NCBI GenBank assembly: GCA_016618385.1
Contig: JABFOP010000807.1
Span: 280,216-335,549 of the forward strand
Direction: 5' to 3'
Source: Nymphon striatum
Lineage: Eukaryota
DNA: 55,334 nucleotides
Position 1 is the stretch's first letter. Every line of letters starts with the position of its first letter. The notes beneath the pieces were generated by a model. That model worked only from the letters and a program-made list of their open reading frames with translations, had not been told where the DNA came from and did not search any database. Below, in pieces: positions 12,994-26,315 of this stretch. Position numbers and translations under genes: made by a program.

Positions 12994-13089
12994 ATTTCAA
13001 AACTTCTAATTGTAGAACCCAGGAAGAGACTAACCGCTAGTCAAGCTCTCAAGCATGCATTTTTTCAAGTTAAAGTGCAACCTCACATT
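12994..13089 (+). CDS. PHKG: PHKG exon 10 (ISKLLIVEPRKRLTASQALKHAFFQVKVQPHI)
   Basis: Acceptor aaaaaag|att after a long pyrimidine tract, and a GTAAGT donor. It matches [27 protein letters not shown]. Confidence 0.75.
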
Positions 13090-13306
13090 GTAAGTGTTCC
13101 TAAATATTTTTTTATAATTTAAAATCTATCAAAATATTGTCAAATCTCTAATAATAATCTGTTGTAGTAATCTGTTATTTACTCCCTATGCAAATAGCTC
13201 TTTTCCAATGTAATTATAGCAAAATTTTACTGTTAATGCAAGCCTACATCTTATACTTTCTCAATTTTCTTTAGGATAGTTAATCCGTTGTTTGTTTTTT
13301 TTACAG

Positions 13307-13348
13307 CAAGAGAAAAAGCATGTTTTTAATGCCAGAAAAATATTCAAG
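13307..13348 (+). CDS. PHKG: PHKG exon 11 (QEKKHVFNARKIFK)
   Basis: It starts at a tttttttacag acceptor and ends at a gtttgt donor. It corresponds to the FSPRGKFKV region. Short exon with weaker similarity. Confidence 0.6.
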
Positions 13349-13423
13349 GTTTGTGTCAATTTCATTTAAACCTAAGATATGTCTTTTAAAATAATAGAAT
13401 TTGTTCTCAGTTGATACAATATG

Positions 13424-14046
13424 TGACCCACCACAGCAAAATGAGTCGTGATGCACCAAATTGAGATATGGAGTTATAAATACCAATAGAAAGATAAGAA
13501 TGTCAGCTTTCATTAAATCCAAACAGCTTTTCAATCCATCAACCGGTTACCGAATTATGACGTTTTAAAGATGTCAGGGTATCGGAGATAATATGAAAAA
13601 TATTTTGAGATAATTGATCTTAAATACCATCATAATTGTAAGTTCATCATATTTGTAAGTACCGAGCGATGATTGGTTTATATTGGGAAAAACCCGAACA
13701 TGCCTTCTATATTTAGAAACTAGACAACGAGACGAGTTCGTACATGTTAAATTTTCATGGGGTTTCCGCGGAGAAGTGTTTAGATTTAATGCGAAAATGG
13801 GGTAATTTGACTAATTTTATGCATTGTTTTAGCAAATATAGACAATATCAACTCGGAAAACATAAATTTAAGTAAATTAGCGTCGTTTAATCAACCGAAC
13901 CTTTACATTAAATTAAATATCGGGTTTTATTTTATATAGATACGTAAAAATTGAAAGTTTTAAGCTTTCTTTGCATTAATCGGCTATAGCGCAGTACGTC
14001 ACTGTGCGACTTGCGACTCATTTTGCTGTGGAGAGTCACATATAGT
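13424..14046. mobile_element. MITE with about 35-bp TIRs (tatgtgacccaccacagcaaaatgagtcg)
   Basis: 13424-13460 is the inverse of 14010-14046. Confidence 0.6.
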
Positions 14047-15689
14047 TATTCTACATTATGGCGACCTTCAAGTTAAGCTCTATTCTCAATAATTAGTTCC
14101 TCCAATAAATGTTTACTAATGAAATAATGAAGCATTTTGAAGTTTTTATGCAAATATCAGTTTGAAATTTAGAAGAAGAAAAAGTGGCTCAATGTCATGT
14201 CAAAAATATACTCATGAGAGCCATGTTATTGTTTTAATACTACTCAAAAATTATTTCAAATTTAGGTTATCTTCTTTGTCAATTAACAATGTTATCATGT
14301 AATGATGTAATCCTTGAAAATCCCCAACTAGCTGCTCAGTAGTATCTTTTAAAATTATTGTAGATAAATTTTGTATGTTGAAATCAAACATACATTGTTT
14401 AAATTACCAGTTATAGCGCAACATAGGTGCAGGTCACTAGTTGTGGAAAGTAATTCAGTCATTGTATCACAACTAGCTGAAGAAAGAAGAAATGGGAGAC
14501 CTTTGACAAATGAAAATGATCTGTGTTTATTTTGCAATAACACAAGGCTTATATGCACAAGGGACAAGAGAAATTTGAAAGGTATGTGAATAGAAGAACC
14601 ACAGGTGAAGAGAAGGATTAATCTCTGGCACATTTTTACTGTCCATTCCACCACTGCCACCATGTAACGAATGTACGTGGGACCATTAATAAAGAGATAG
14701 ATAACTAACTACCTCTTACCTCTGACAGGAATCGAACCCGCACCTCCCAGCTTGCAAGTCAGGTATGCTACCATAATACTACAGAGGTAAACAGTGTGTA
14801 CCATCATATTCAGATCTGTACTCTCACATTACACCACTGTAGGGAAAAGCTTTACCAAGGTGAGAAAGAAGAGGAAATTGAAGTCGTCATTGTTACAGGA
14901 CTCCACACCACAGTGATAACGTCCAGTAAAGCCGGCTCAAGTCAAACAGTGCAAATGTAATTGCAGGTGCCGAAGCTGATTGTGAGGATGAAACTGGTCT
15001 TGAGGATGAAGTTAGGTCATAAGTGAGAGTTTCCTGTGAGAAGTTGTATCAAACATTACATCTGGATGATGTCACAGTTAAACCATAGCGCTATTCCTAT
15101 ATCCAAATGTATTACACAGCTGTATTTTCAATTAAACTCTCTCTTGCCTGTAGAATTTCAAACCGTCAATATGTAGTCCCTCATTCAATATCTTACATTC
15201 CTCGTCCTAATAACCGAACCTCGATCAAGTAGCTCATTCATCAAATTTATAAAACCAAACATGCTACAATTGGCAACCCTGGCGTGATGTTTGCCACAAA
15301 GTTGACCTGTGAGAGTCTGTAACCATTTGGAACAAAGCTAGAAGAATGTGGAATTTGTAGGCAGACAGACAGCAACCAGCTAGAAAGTTTTCTTTGACAG
15401 GAATGGCATTATCCATGTCCGATTTCACAGGGTCTACAGTGTGAACGTACGTGGGACAGGATCATTTATCCTACAATGAATTTATTTTCCAATACAATAC
15501 AAGACGCGATAGACGAGATATTTAATCAATATGCAAATGAAACCTAGGGTGAGTTGCTATACAAATCAGAATATTCAATTTTATTCAAATAAATAGGGTC
15601 ACCAGTTGTAGCGCAATGTAGGTGCAGGTCACTCTAGTTCCACTAGTTGTGGAAAGTGACTCAGCCATTGTAGCAATGACTAGCTTAAA

Positions 15690-16240
15690 GGCATACTCCA
15701 CTCATTTTGAATAATCTCTGAAATGATAGAACAGGGCGAGTTAAGCAGATCCTGAAATTTTTTCACTTATTTGACATCGTTAAATATTTTTTTAATTGAT
15801 AAAACATTAATTGTAACGAGAGGGTAGAGAGCGGCCATTTTATTATCTACATCCGTAAATACGTCAGAGGCGCGACTCTGCTTCCGACATTACCAGGCTG
15901 ATCAACATTTAACCTCCTCCTTTTCGGCTCGAATCGATACGGTTTTATTCCCTTTTTACCAGCATAATTTTGAAAAATATCTTCATCACTTGAATCAATA
16001 GAAGCTTCAGCCATCTTGGTAAATGTCACAGCGCTGCTGATGTCACGCCTGATAAGTCACGTGACTTTGTCCAAAATGGCAGCTGCTCTAATATCCAAGA
16101 TTGTGGTTTTTAAAATGAGTTTAAAAATATTAAATGAACTCGAAAACAATTCAAAAAATCAGGAATTGTTATTTGATATATGTACTATGGATTGGGAATT
16201 TTTTTTTTTTTACACCCAGTGAGTGGAGTACCCCTTTAAG
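15690..16240. mobile_element. Small TIR element of the tactccactca family (TIR ttaaagg-N-tactccactca) with a short minus-strand ORF (MAEASIDSSDEDIFQNY...)
   Basis: The left end ttaaaggcatactccactcat and the right end gtgagtggagtacccctttaag are inverted. An internal 150 bp is shared with 35290-35520. Confidence 0.65.
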
Positions 16241-16736
16241 AAAGATGAAATGAGAAACAAAATATTTGACAGATAAATATTTTCTGAGTTTATTTTGCAA
16301 TACAATACAAGATGCAAATTGAGTAAGAGAAAGACCAAGGTCTCTCAGAAGAGAATATTAAAGTCTTTCGTTGCTACAATGTATTGAATACTTATCATCC
16401 AATCACAAATAACCCACTGCACTTCAACTTACTCACCATTGTTATGAGTAAATATGTTATATGCTGTTAAGTATTACTAAGAAATTTGGAATAACTCATT
16501 CATGATATTTCTCTCTTAAACTTAGAATAACATTTTCTTCCTGCATCATTCTAATAGTTTTTGATATTTTTACGAACATTTATTTTACAGCTTATACTTT
16601 ATTAGAAACTATATCCTAATTTATCAATCATTTTGTCTTTTCCATATTTTGTATTTCTGATTGGAAAGATATTTTCTGTTTTATTATCCTATTTATATAG
16701 TAATTATAGAAAGTTGCTTCTTTCTCCACTCACTAG

Positions 16737-16853
16737 TTTGGTATCTTATGTGTCCGATGTCTTGTAAGATTGAAAAGACTTAAGTGTACTCCTGAACCAA
16801 TATCTATGGATGTAGTAATGACAGATCCATACCATATAAAGCCATTAAGAAAG
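16737..16853 (+). CDS. PHKG: PHKG exon 12 (FGILCVRCLVRLKRLKCTPEPISMDVVMTDPYHIKPLRK, CaM-binding region)
   Basis: It starts at a ccactcactag acceptor and ends at a gtttgt donor. It aligns to [39 protein letters not shown]. Confidence 0.8.
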
Positions 16854-17094
16854 GTTTGTATTCATCTAAAATGTTCCTAATTATAGTTGATGATGACAAT
16901 ACAAAATTTAAGAGTATATTTGTAATATGATCAGTAGTAAAAGTGAAATATGATGTCAAGCTTACGAGGTCAGTTAGTCATCTGTTGTAGAAGGTGGGGT
17001 TCATTATGGCAACTGTTTGGAAAGAAAAAAAAATGATAGAATAACTAATTCAAAGACAAAATTGTTCTGATTATCACTTATTAATATATAGTTT

Positions 17095-17345
17095 TTTTTT
17101 TACTCTTCTTGAAATAGTGAAATGGGTTCTTTAACGTGCAGAGGGTGTGACTAACCTCTACACTCTTCACTCCATTGACGTCCTTTCCGAGAGACAGAGT
17201 ATTGTCTTATCTGAACCAGCCTGCATCTGATTCAAAAGAGGAAGGCACGATAATACACAACGTTAAGGAAGAATAACAAATGGGAGGTTTGAGCGAGATT
17301 CGAACCTGTATCAATCAAACCCCACCCAGCACACAAACATGAGTC
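17095..17345 (-). mobile_element. SINE body fragment plus a tRNA-like 3' remnant, minus orientation
   Basis: It carries tcttgaaatagtgaaatgggttctttaacgtgcagagggtgtgact. The reverse complement of 17285-17330 shows GGTTCGAATCTCGCTCAAACCTCCC (T-arm and acceptor). Confidence 0.55.
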
Positions 17346-18296
17346 CCTATATGGGCTGGAATATGGGGCCCCATATGGGCTCCATGTGGGCAAGTCGGAA
17401 AATAAATTAAATGGTGCAATCTGCCAGTACTGGCCCAATGATAGCACTACAGTACCAAAACATTCCATCCTATGTATAAAACCCCCAGCATCGTGTCATC
17501 GGGTTCATAGAAATGAATACAGTACTATTATTTTTCTGCTCTAAAAACCTCGTAGATTGCTTTAATGTTTCATATACTAAAAGCAGCAGAATTTAGGCCT
17601 ATATTGACTTTATGACCTTGATTTTATGAAGGCAATTCATATAGTTTTCAGAAGACTCCTCATGTTGTAACATTTTAAGCCATCCATATAATTAAACAGA
17701 TTTAAACTTATCTAGAGACCTACCCCAAAAGTATGTAAGCATGTTCCTTCATTTGATGTGCAGATGCAAATAAGTTTGGGGAAAAAATGGCTTTTTCATA
17801 GCCACAACAATCAGCAACTTCAAGAAAATGGTAAACGGTGAATTCTTGATTAAAATTTGTACTGCATCTACCCTACGGCCATATTTTTGTAACTCTCCTT
17901 TCTTTCTTCCTTTGACCCCCCCCCCCCCTAAAAAAAAATTTCTATAAAACTATCAGGTCCTGCTTTGAAAATATAAATGAAATTAAGACTGCTGCTACAG
18001 GTTGGTCCCGAACAAGGTAAGCTGGGGTCTAAAAAAAAAATCAAATGGATTGAAACACTATCTTGAGAATGCATTGAGCAAGATAAAAAACTATTTTGAA
18101 AAATAATAATTTATTGAAATTTTCTTTGAACTCTATAACCTCGCCATAATACAAGCCATAATCGTTTGAATAAAGGAAAACTGTTGAATTCACAGCTACT
18201 CTGCAACTCTTACTTAAAGTGTTGAGAATATGATGAAAATTACAAGTATGTGATCACATTAATTTTGACATGAATGAAAGTATAATATTTTTGCAG

Positions 18297-18437
18297 GTTA
18301 TTGATGCATATGCCTTCCGAATTTATGGTCACTGGGTCAAGCGAAGTGATGAACAAAATCGTGCAGCTTTATTTGAAAACAAACCTAAAATTGAATTGAG
18401 GGACAAAACTCAGAGAAAAATTTCATTTTTATTATGA
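18297..18437 (+). CDS. PHKG: PHKG terminal exon 13 ([46 protein letters not shown])
   Basis: It starts at a ttttgcag acceptor and ends at a TGA stop at 18435-18437. It matches [31 protein letters not shown] nearly exactly. Confidence 0.9.
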   Translation, partial: VIDAYAFRIYGHWVKRSDEQNRAALFENKPKIELRDKTQRKISFLL

Positions 18438-19377
18438 TTCATGTATTATATTAGTTGTATTCATACTAGTCATTTCCTATGTAAAAATCTCAGCAATGTT
18501 TCTTGAATTCTGGTGTGCCATTGTTCTTAATTTTAAGTACTCATTGATATGGTAGAATCCTAATTTAAGATTTTATTTAAATAATTCTGTTAAATTTAGA
18601 AATCAAATTTTTCAAAATTAACAATGTTTCTTTTGAGATAACTTCATGAAACTTGGTTAGCATTGAATGATTCAAATAAATGAATGGTAACAGATAAATT
18701 ACCTTTAATAACTCAGGAGTTAAAACTCATTGGGGCTACCGAAGTTGAGGACATTTTAAGATTTAGTGAAATATTCAATTTTACTCACATATTATTGATC
18801 AATTTCTGTAATATTTTTCTTTTTCTTTTTTTTGGAATTAAAATGTTCATTTTATCTAAAATTTACAAATGTTTTTGAAAGATTTTGATTTCAATTTATT
18901 TCAATTTATTCAGCTGCAGTTTTATCTCGAATTTTAACAAAAATTAAGACTAAGCTTACAGAAATAAGTTAGATGTGTGAAATCAACTTCAAATCTTTGT
19001 TTTATTTTGTTTATTTTATTTGAATATTAATTGAATGGTCATTCAGATCTTTTTAGTTTTAGGGCCCCTTGACCTTTTACTTCCATCACAATTTTATTTT
19101 ATAAGATTTTGACTTTATTGTGTAAATATAATTTTAAAATTAACTCATTGCCTCTCTGAATCTTCAATCATTCCTCCGATATTGAATTATATAACTATTG
19201 TGAGCTACTAAACCATGATTTCCTGCTTTTTGTTCATACTCAGGATCTAAAAGATATGTTGGCAAATCATTTACATATTATTTGCAATGAAGCTAAAATA
19301 CTTTTATATTGAAAGTTGCATTGGCTGTTCAAATAAAAAATATATATTTGTTGAAAGTTCCTCAGATTGTTATAATT

Positions 19378-19784
19378 CAGGGTTAGACCTAGCTTTTTAT
19401 ACCTATTAGTCGGCACTTTAGCCAAATCAATGCTATCTTTAGCCATAACATTTTAAAAAATTGTATCTTTACTAATGAAACAGTATTTATTAGCAAAATG
19501 AAATAAAACAATAATTTAAATTGAGGCTAGCACTCCCTCAATGCTTTACAATAAATAAACATTTTAAATAAATTTAAATAAATAAACAATAAACGCCATT
19601 TAAAGCATATGAAAGGTATGGAAATAGTATTTTATCCCGAGAATTAATATATTAGAAATTTCAGTGATAATGTATGTGTTCAGAAATGGCAGTCGCCAAA
19701 AAATTAGCCAACTTGAAACAAAATTCGCCAAATATGATTTTCTTTTGCATTTGGCGACGTGGCGAACGGGGCAGTCTAACCCTG
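19378..19784. mobile_element. MITE (about 407 bp) with TIRs cagggttagac / gtctaaccctg and flanking taatt direct repeats
   Basis: The terminal 11-mers are inverted. TAATT occurs immediately on both sides, so the target-site duplication (TSD) is possibly 5 bp, or TA. Confidence 0.6.
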
Positions 19785-21639
19785 TAATTCAACATTGCGA
19801 ATGTGATCATAAATTGGTGAATTGCACAATCTTCTAGAGGTATACTCGTAGTTGTTGAAACACTTTTTCTGTATTCTCAAATACCCCATGACATACAAAT
19901 AACTATTTAAAATCTCAATATTGAGTCAAATTAGCATCTCTTTTTTTCTGTGGTCATTTCTAGAAATTGATTAAAAGTTGTTCAATTTATTCTGTGAGCA
20001 ATGAAGTTTCCTTGTGTGACATTAAAAGCCTCAGGTATGGATAAATTTGCTTGGACTCAAGTTATAGCATGCATGCATAATATAATATTTTTAAATTACT
20101 GAAGTCGTGAAGATATGATTTCCAGAGCCTACATTGAGTTGAAAGTTGTGTGATTACAAGAAATTTTATATTTTCAACATATATACTGCCATAAGTTTTT
20201 AGTTTGATTGATTATTTTGTTTTTGTATATAGTAAATTATTAAAACTCCTGTCTGTTATTTATTCCCTTTTATATGTTTGTATCTTTTGCTCATTCACAT
20301 TTTTTTGGGTCAGTTTAAAATTTATTTATAATGTATTTTTATAAAACTTTCTTTTTATTTTTAAAAAAGTTATTAGAATTTTTTTTTTTTTTTTTTGTGA
20401 TTGTTACTCAACTGTTAGCAAAGTCAACCTATTGTTTTAAACTGTCATTTGTTTTATTTATTGAATTGATGATAGATTTTGTTTGTTTTTCTCTTTTTAA
20501 ATGCAATAAATAAATTTTGATCTTTAATTATTTGGCATTTCATGATAAATAATGTCAAATCATGACCTATTTATGACATATTGGCTAGTAAAATTTATCA
20601 CAAAATAATCTTGTTAACATTTTGAATTTGCCAGTTTCACATCTTGTTCCATCTCTGCATATCACTTATGTTGTACTGCCATAAAAAATTCAGATATAAG
20701 TTTAGACAGCATTGATAGCTTACTAAATCTTTTCAAAAGGCTTGCAGACAAAATTTTATTTCGATTCTAGCTGAAATAAATCTAGTAAAAGTGTGCAATG
20801 TTTTTTCTTAGATTATAATGAACTGATCTCGAACTAGCAAATTGAATGCACTGCATATGTTATGGAGGATAAAATGGCGCTTCTTTTGATACCAAAAAAC
20901 CTTCCCTAACAATTTGTTTAACCCTTTCGCTGCTATTGTACGCCAATCGGCACCATAAACAAACTTCCATTATGTGCTGATGTCGCCGATTGGCGACTGA
21001 CTAACTAGCTAATTTCCATAAATTTGCATATTTGAAAATAACATATTCTGGAACTTGTTGATATACCCACTTTTACACATTCACAAATGTTCTATTTCCA
21101 AGAATTCATGATGTATTTTGACATTAAAGTTTCTCACTACAATTAGTAATCATTACATTGCCAGCAAGGAATATAAATGAGCATATTGTGCAGTCCAGCA
21201 GCGAAAGGGCTACAGGGGCGGATACAGGGGGGGTGGATTGGGTGGATGTCCACCCCCCTATTTAGAGGTGTCAACAATAAAAAATAAGCACATTTTAAAG
21301 AAAAGAAAACAACAAATCTGATTGCATGTCGTCTCTCTTTCACAAAATATATATATGTTAAAATTCAATTGATAACTCATCGATTCATATTGAATTCTGA
21401 CAGTTTGCACATTTAGACAGACATCTTGAGCCGTTTCTCAGAGGCGCTGGCCAAGAGGAACAAATGTACGCATTTAATGTAGACTTTGCTGAAATACCCA
21501 AGGAAAATTAAAGTAATTTCATCGCAATCTTACGTCTTGTTGTAGAAAGCAACCTTAATCTAAAAAAAAACATCTCATATCTGGACCAGAAAATGCACGC
21601 CACACACGCAAAACTGTACAAAATGAAATTATACACAAG

Positions 21640-22920
21640 TAATGGCTGACTTGATTCGAGAATATTTCCGTATGTGCATTGAAGCTAATCCCCACTTTGC
21701 ATTTATTGCCGACGAAACAACAGCACAGGGTCGTGAGGTTTTGCCAGTGTGTCTTCGAACGACCTGTGTGACCTGCTTAGAAGCCTAGAACAACTGGATC
21801 AGTTGTAGCCACCACAATACGGGACAGTTTACGAAGTAAATCGACGTAGCAAATTGTTGTGGTCAGGCGTACGACACAACTGCGTCTATGAGCTCCAACA
21901 AGAAGGGAGTCCAAGGAACATTTGCAGAGTATCACGGTTGCGTTATTCAGTCACTAAATATTGTTATCTGCCATGCCTGTAAGATCAAATCAATTCAGAA
22001 TATGATGGATAGTTGCCGTGAACTGTACAGTTTATTTGAAGATTCTCCAAAAAGGCCAAAAAGACAGAGAGCAAAAAACGAAAGTTGAAGAATCTATGCA
22101 AAACAGGAAGACACTCCACATTTGAAGCCATCTTTGATTTGTACGAGCATATCGTCATCAAGCTTAATGAAATCTGTGAGCCAACCAATAATGATCGTTT
22201 TTCATGAATGATGAAGAATGGAGCTGGGATCCAAAAACTAAGACATACCATGGCAAACTTTGACCATATTTTCAACTTCGTCTGTGCAAAGGAAATGGTG
22301 GTACCAATGCGACCACCAGTTTCTTCCCTTCAAGGCCACCACGTAGAAGTATATTTTGGTTATACAAAATTGAAGACTGCTATAAGCTTGGCAATACCTT
22401 TTCTAGACATAATGTGTTCAGAACTAAAATGCCAATTCAGCAAGGATGTACGAGCACACTATGAGCTGTGTGCTGTCATTCCTACAGTAAGTGTTACTAT
22501 AATGTCCTCTGAAAGCATGACTGAACTTGCCAACATACTGCAACAGAAATGGGATCACGTATTTCCAGTCTCATCAGCCTTTGAAAGTGAACTGTTTTGC
22601 TGGAACAGTTACTGTAAACGACAGGCCTTAGGCGAAACCTTTGTAACGTGACTTTTGGCCAAACATGCCGATAGCATATTATTTCCGAACATCCGAGAGT
22701 TACTCAAGATTCTTGCTGTCTTGCTAATTGGTAGCACGGAAGCTGAGCGATAGTTCTCCTGCATGTGTAAGGAGAATACGCACGTGGAAAAGGAGCACTA
22801 TGACAACAGAAAGACTTTCAAACCTTTCTCTTATTGCGATGCACAGCCACTTTATCTGCATCACTAGAGGACAAGTATGTGAAAAATATATGGCAATACA
22901 CCAGAGGAGTATATAATTCT
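21640..22920 (+). pseudogene. hAT transposase pseudogene (frameshifted and stop-interrupted); C-terminal dimerisation domain LIGSTEAER / RIRTWKRSTMTTERLSNLSLIAM
   Basis: Three frames carry hAT-like segments: FAFIADETTAQGREV, SLNIVICHACK, and the AERSFS ... KTYLRSTM ... ERLS.LAL signature split by a frameshift near 22760. Confidence 0.7.
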
Positions 22921-23398
22921 TGATACCATCTCTCGCCAATTACGTTCGATTTCTTCTCTATAGGTCACTATTTCGCCATCTGCGTTTTTTTAAGCTAGCT
23001 AATCTTTTCTTGGCTGTCTCATATCCTTTCTCTTCACTAATTATGTGCATACTTGCTAACTATTAGGATTTAGGCAGAATAATTCCGATTTTTTTCCTTG
23101 TTATTCCGCCCTACAAATTATAAAAACATTATTCCGATTTTTAAAAAAAAATCCGCTGTAAAAAAAAAATAACGCATTTTTTTTTTATCAAAATCCGCTT
23201 TTTAGTCCCTTTAGTATGTCCTTTTATCGCTGTTAACGCGCGCTTGTATACTTATGGTAAAACCTAGTCAAAATTACTTTGGAAAATACTAAAAAATACA
23301 TCTGAAATGTCTCCAGAATGCACAATTTTTAATGTAATTTTTCAAAATTTTCCGGGGGGCATGCCCCCGGACGCCTCGCTTCGCTCGGCTCCAAGTCC

Positions 23399-23760
23399 TT
23401 TATTAGGATTTTTGGTCCTTTGGGGTTGGCAGGTATGTATGTGGTGAAGACGCACACAAAGTGTAAAGATTTGACCCAGACAGTGAAGAGTAGCAAGTGG
23501 AACTGGGCCGGACACGTGACTAATAGAACAGACGATAGATGGACCACTAAAACCACAATTTAGATAGCAAATAGGGGAGAAAGAAAACGAGGAAAACCGA
23601 AGATAAGCATGGATATTATTACCATGGATGATATAGCTAAATTTGAAAGTAATTGCGTGGAGAGAGCTGCCGATAGAGAGGACTGGAGATCTAGAAGGAA
23701 GGCCTTTGCTCAGCAGTGGTCCTAGTTGGGGCTGATGAAGATGATTTATTTTACAGGTAT
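23399..23760 (+). mobile_element. RTE-clade LINE 3' end fragment (ORF2 C-terminal tail, KWNWAGHV.RTDDRWT..T.W) nested inside the hAT element
   Basis: It is about 85% identical to 31150-31440. It ends in a gatgaagatgat simple tail. Confidence 0.7.
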
Positions 23761-25416
23761 CAATAAACACCAGGATTCGATAACTACCATTTCTGGACGC
23801 TCATGTAGAATAGATACCTTGAAGAATTGAAGGATCTTTGAATAAGAATATCCACCCCCCTTTTTAAAATCCTGGATCCGCCCCTGGGCTAAGGCTCAAT
23901 GTTATTTCGACCAGACTAACAGGAGACTCGCGATTTTCGACCCAAGGCAAAATTTGGTAGTCAGAAGTAGATTTTATAATGCAGGTCCTTATTAGCAGCA
24001 TATATTAACAAAATTGTCATTCACAAAGGTTAGTACAGTATTAGAAGAAACATTATGTTTGATTTCTGTTCTCATTTTGTGTAATTAAGAGTAGAATGAA
24101 TTTCGATGTGCAACCCTATCCGAGTCGTGTTATTTATTGTAAGCTAAAATTAAAACATGGCGCCGTTCATTTCATTTTGTGTCGTGTGTGTTGGAAAAAG
24201 TCTTATAAATCTAAAACCGCTAAGGTTTACTACTAAGGTTTAGTGGGACACTACTAAGGTTCATTTCGGCTCGCCATCTAGCGGATTTACCGGTATTTAA
24301 CAAAGGCTAAAAGAAGGAAAACTTCGAAATCAAATCACCTGCTACCTTGCAAGTTTGGCTTGTTGAAGCAAAGGTTAGACCCCAGTCCCAGCAAACAGGA
24401 GGGGGCTATGGGGGGCTATGCTTGTACCGGCTTGTACCCAGTATTTCAAAGCACCCCCATCTAAGGCATTTGCCAATTTTTCTACCCCCTATTACGGGCT
24501 TATATCGCAATTTTCCACCCCATTTCTAGGGGGTTCAGGGATTCATGTACCCCCTTTCTAGGGTATCACACATATCAAGAATTTATAAGACCCAAGAATA
24601 TGTGTGAAATACACACCTGTACTTGCACAATTATGAACCTTCGGTTCTATTTTCTGCTTAATGGTGGCGCATGGTAATTCATTCTAATTTCGATTTTATA
24701 TGTGATTTATGCCATTTGGTGACATTATTTGCGTTTTGCCGGTTTATTTACATTCGGTGATAACCACTAATCATTTTTAGTAATTCTGACATTTAACACT
24801 TTTTTGAACTTTTATTTAAGCCTTTTAAAATTCTGACATCTGACATTGGCACCCTCCTTACCCCCCTCATATAAGGATGAGTTAAAGTTTCAATTTTTAA
24901 CAAAAAAAGGGATAGGTGAAATTGGGAATAAAAACTTGGCAACTATATGTGGGAACTAACTCGGGCATGCATCTTTGAAATAACACCCCCTTTTTAATTT
25001 CTCGGGGTTTGATCTTAAAATTAACCCCCTATTTTTGATTTCTCGGGGATTTTTCACCAAAGTTTTGCCTTGGAAATACCCCACCATTCCCCAGAAAATC
25101 GGAACGCGCATGCGGCCCCTAAATGTACTTGAGTGGGGGGAGGGGCGCGGGGGTTAGACCCACGGCCTATAACTGTGGTTGGCGTCAGCAAGGGCATGCG
25201 GCCATGAACATCCCGAACATCCCTGCTACAAATTTTAAATATGGAAATGTCGTCGACACTTGTAGAACATTACAATTCGTCCACTGGTAAAATAATATTA
25301 AGTTAGGCCATACCTTGGGATAATAATGGCTGCGAGAGAGAAAATAATATTTTTTTATATAATATTTGACATATTTTCATTTTTACTTTATCTACATAAA
25401 TAAACTATTATCTGTG

Positions 25417-25439
25417 GTGTGTGTGTGTGTGTGTGTGTG
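25417..25439. repeat. (GT)n microsatellite
   Basis: Sequence gtgtgtgtgtgtgtgtgtgtgtg. Confidence 0.95.
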
Positions 25440-26315
25440 GGTCTAGTTAGTTTTATTATTTATTAGATATTCTACCTAAATTTGGTTGATTTATTGTCCA
25501 GTTGTTTTTATTTTTTTTGTTTTTATCTTTATAATGTAGACGATCGAATTAAGGTAAAATGATGACCAACCCGGAATTAAATTGTGTAAAGCCAAATTGT
25601 GTATCATTAGAAGCGCAATTTAAAGGGGACATATGTACTCAAAAAAAAGTGTTTGTTATAATAATCTATGATCCCGCTAATGCATCCTGTGTAGCGCCAT
25701 TAGCGAGTGACGTCATCGGTTAGAATGCTGAGTCGGTCGCCATACATATACATACATAGATCCTGTGGTCGCAAGAAAAATGGCCATGCCCTTTTTCTTG
25801 CGAAGTGCGACCTTCCTCCACAGCTGTATCTCGAGAACTGTTAGACATAAGAGGTTGCTTGACCGCTTAAAATGTGCGGAATAGCCACATTATGTGGGGT
25901 CAGTAATTGAGTTGTTAAGTGTGACGTAAATGATGACGATTTACCACTTCCGGGTCCCAGTGGGGGCGAATAAAGATGAAATGATGACCAATCAGGAATT
26001 AAATTGTTTAAGCCATATATGGTATGTGAGAACCTGTGAGGAGTGTTTTAGCTAAAGAATAGATTAAAGCTTTATAAACAACTCAGGGCTTTATTATACT
26101 CAAAACTGAGGTACATTATAAAAGTAAAAAGGCAGCAGACAATGATGACAAGTAAGTGAATTTACAAACAGTTTGATGGAGTATATATGAAAAACAAGAC
26201 ATAGTAATTAGAATAGGTGAATAAAATTAAAGTTGCAAGAGGGGTCTACTGAGCAGTGAGCAGCAGTGAGAATCCTCACATTCACCCCCACAAAAATAAA
26301 TGTTCGCAAGCGTAC

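Larger units (their letters stand above)
21213..23886 (+). mobile_element. Degenerate hAT-superfamily DNA transposon (Tip100/Charlie-like) with imperfect about 30-bp TIRs (caggggcggatacagg ... cctggatccgcccctg) and subterminal TCCG repeats
   Basis: The TIRs are inverted at 21213-21245 and 23855-23886. The internal transposase pseudogene has hAT motifs. The flanks share GGGCTA (offset by 1 nt), consistent with a decayed 8-bp target-site duplication (TSD). Confidence 0.7.

Noticed and set aside
22208-22651. 147-aa ORF as a stand-alone gene
   Set aside because: It is an internal segment of the frameshifted hAT transposase pseudogene, with no independent start or stop context.
23342-23770. 142-aa minus-strand ORF
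   Set aside because: It lies antisense to the RTE LINE tail fragment and hAT subterminal repeats, so it is a spurious ORF over repeats.
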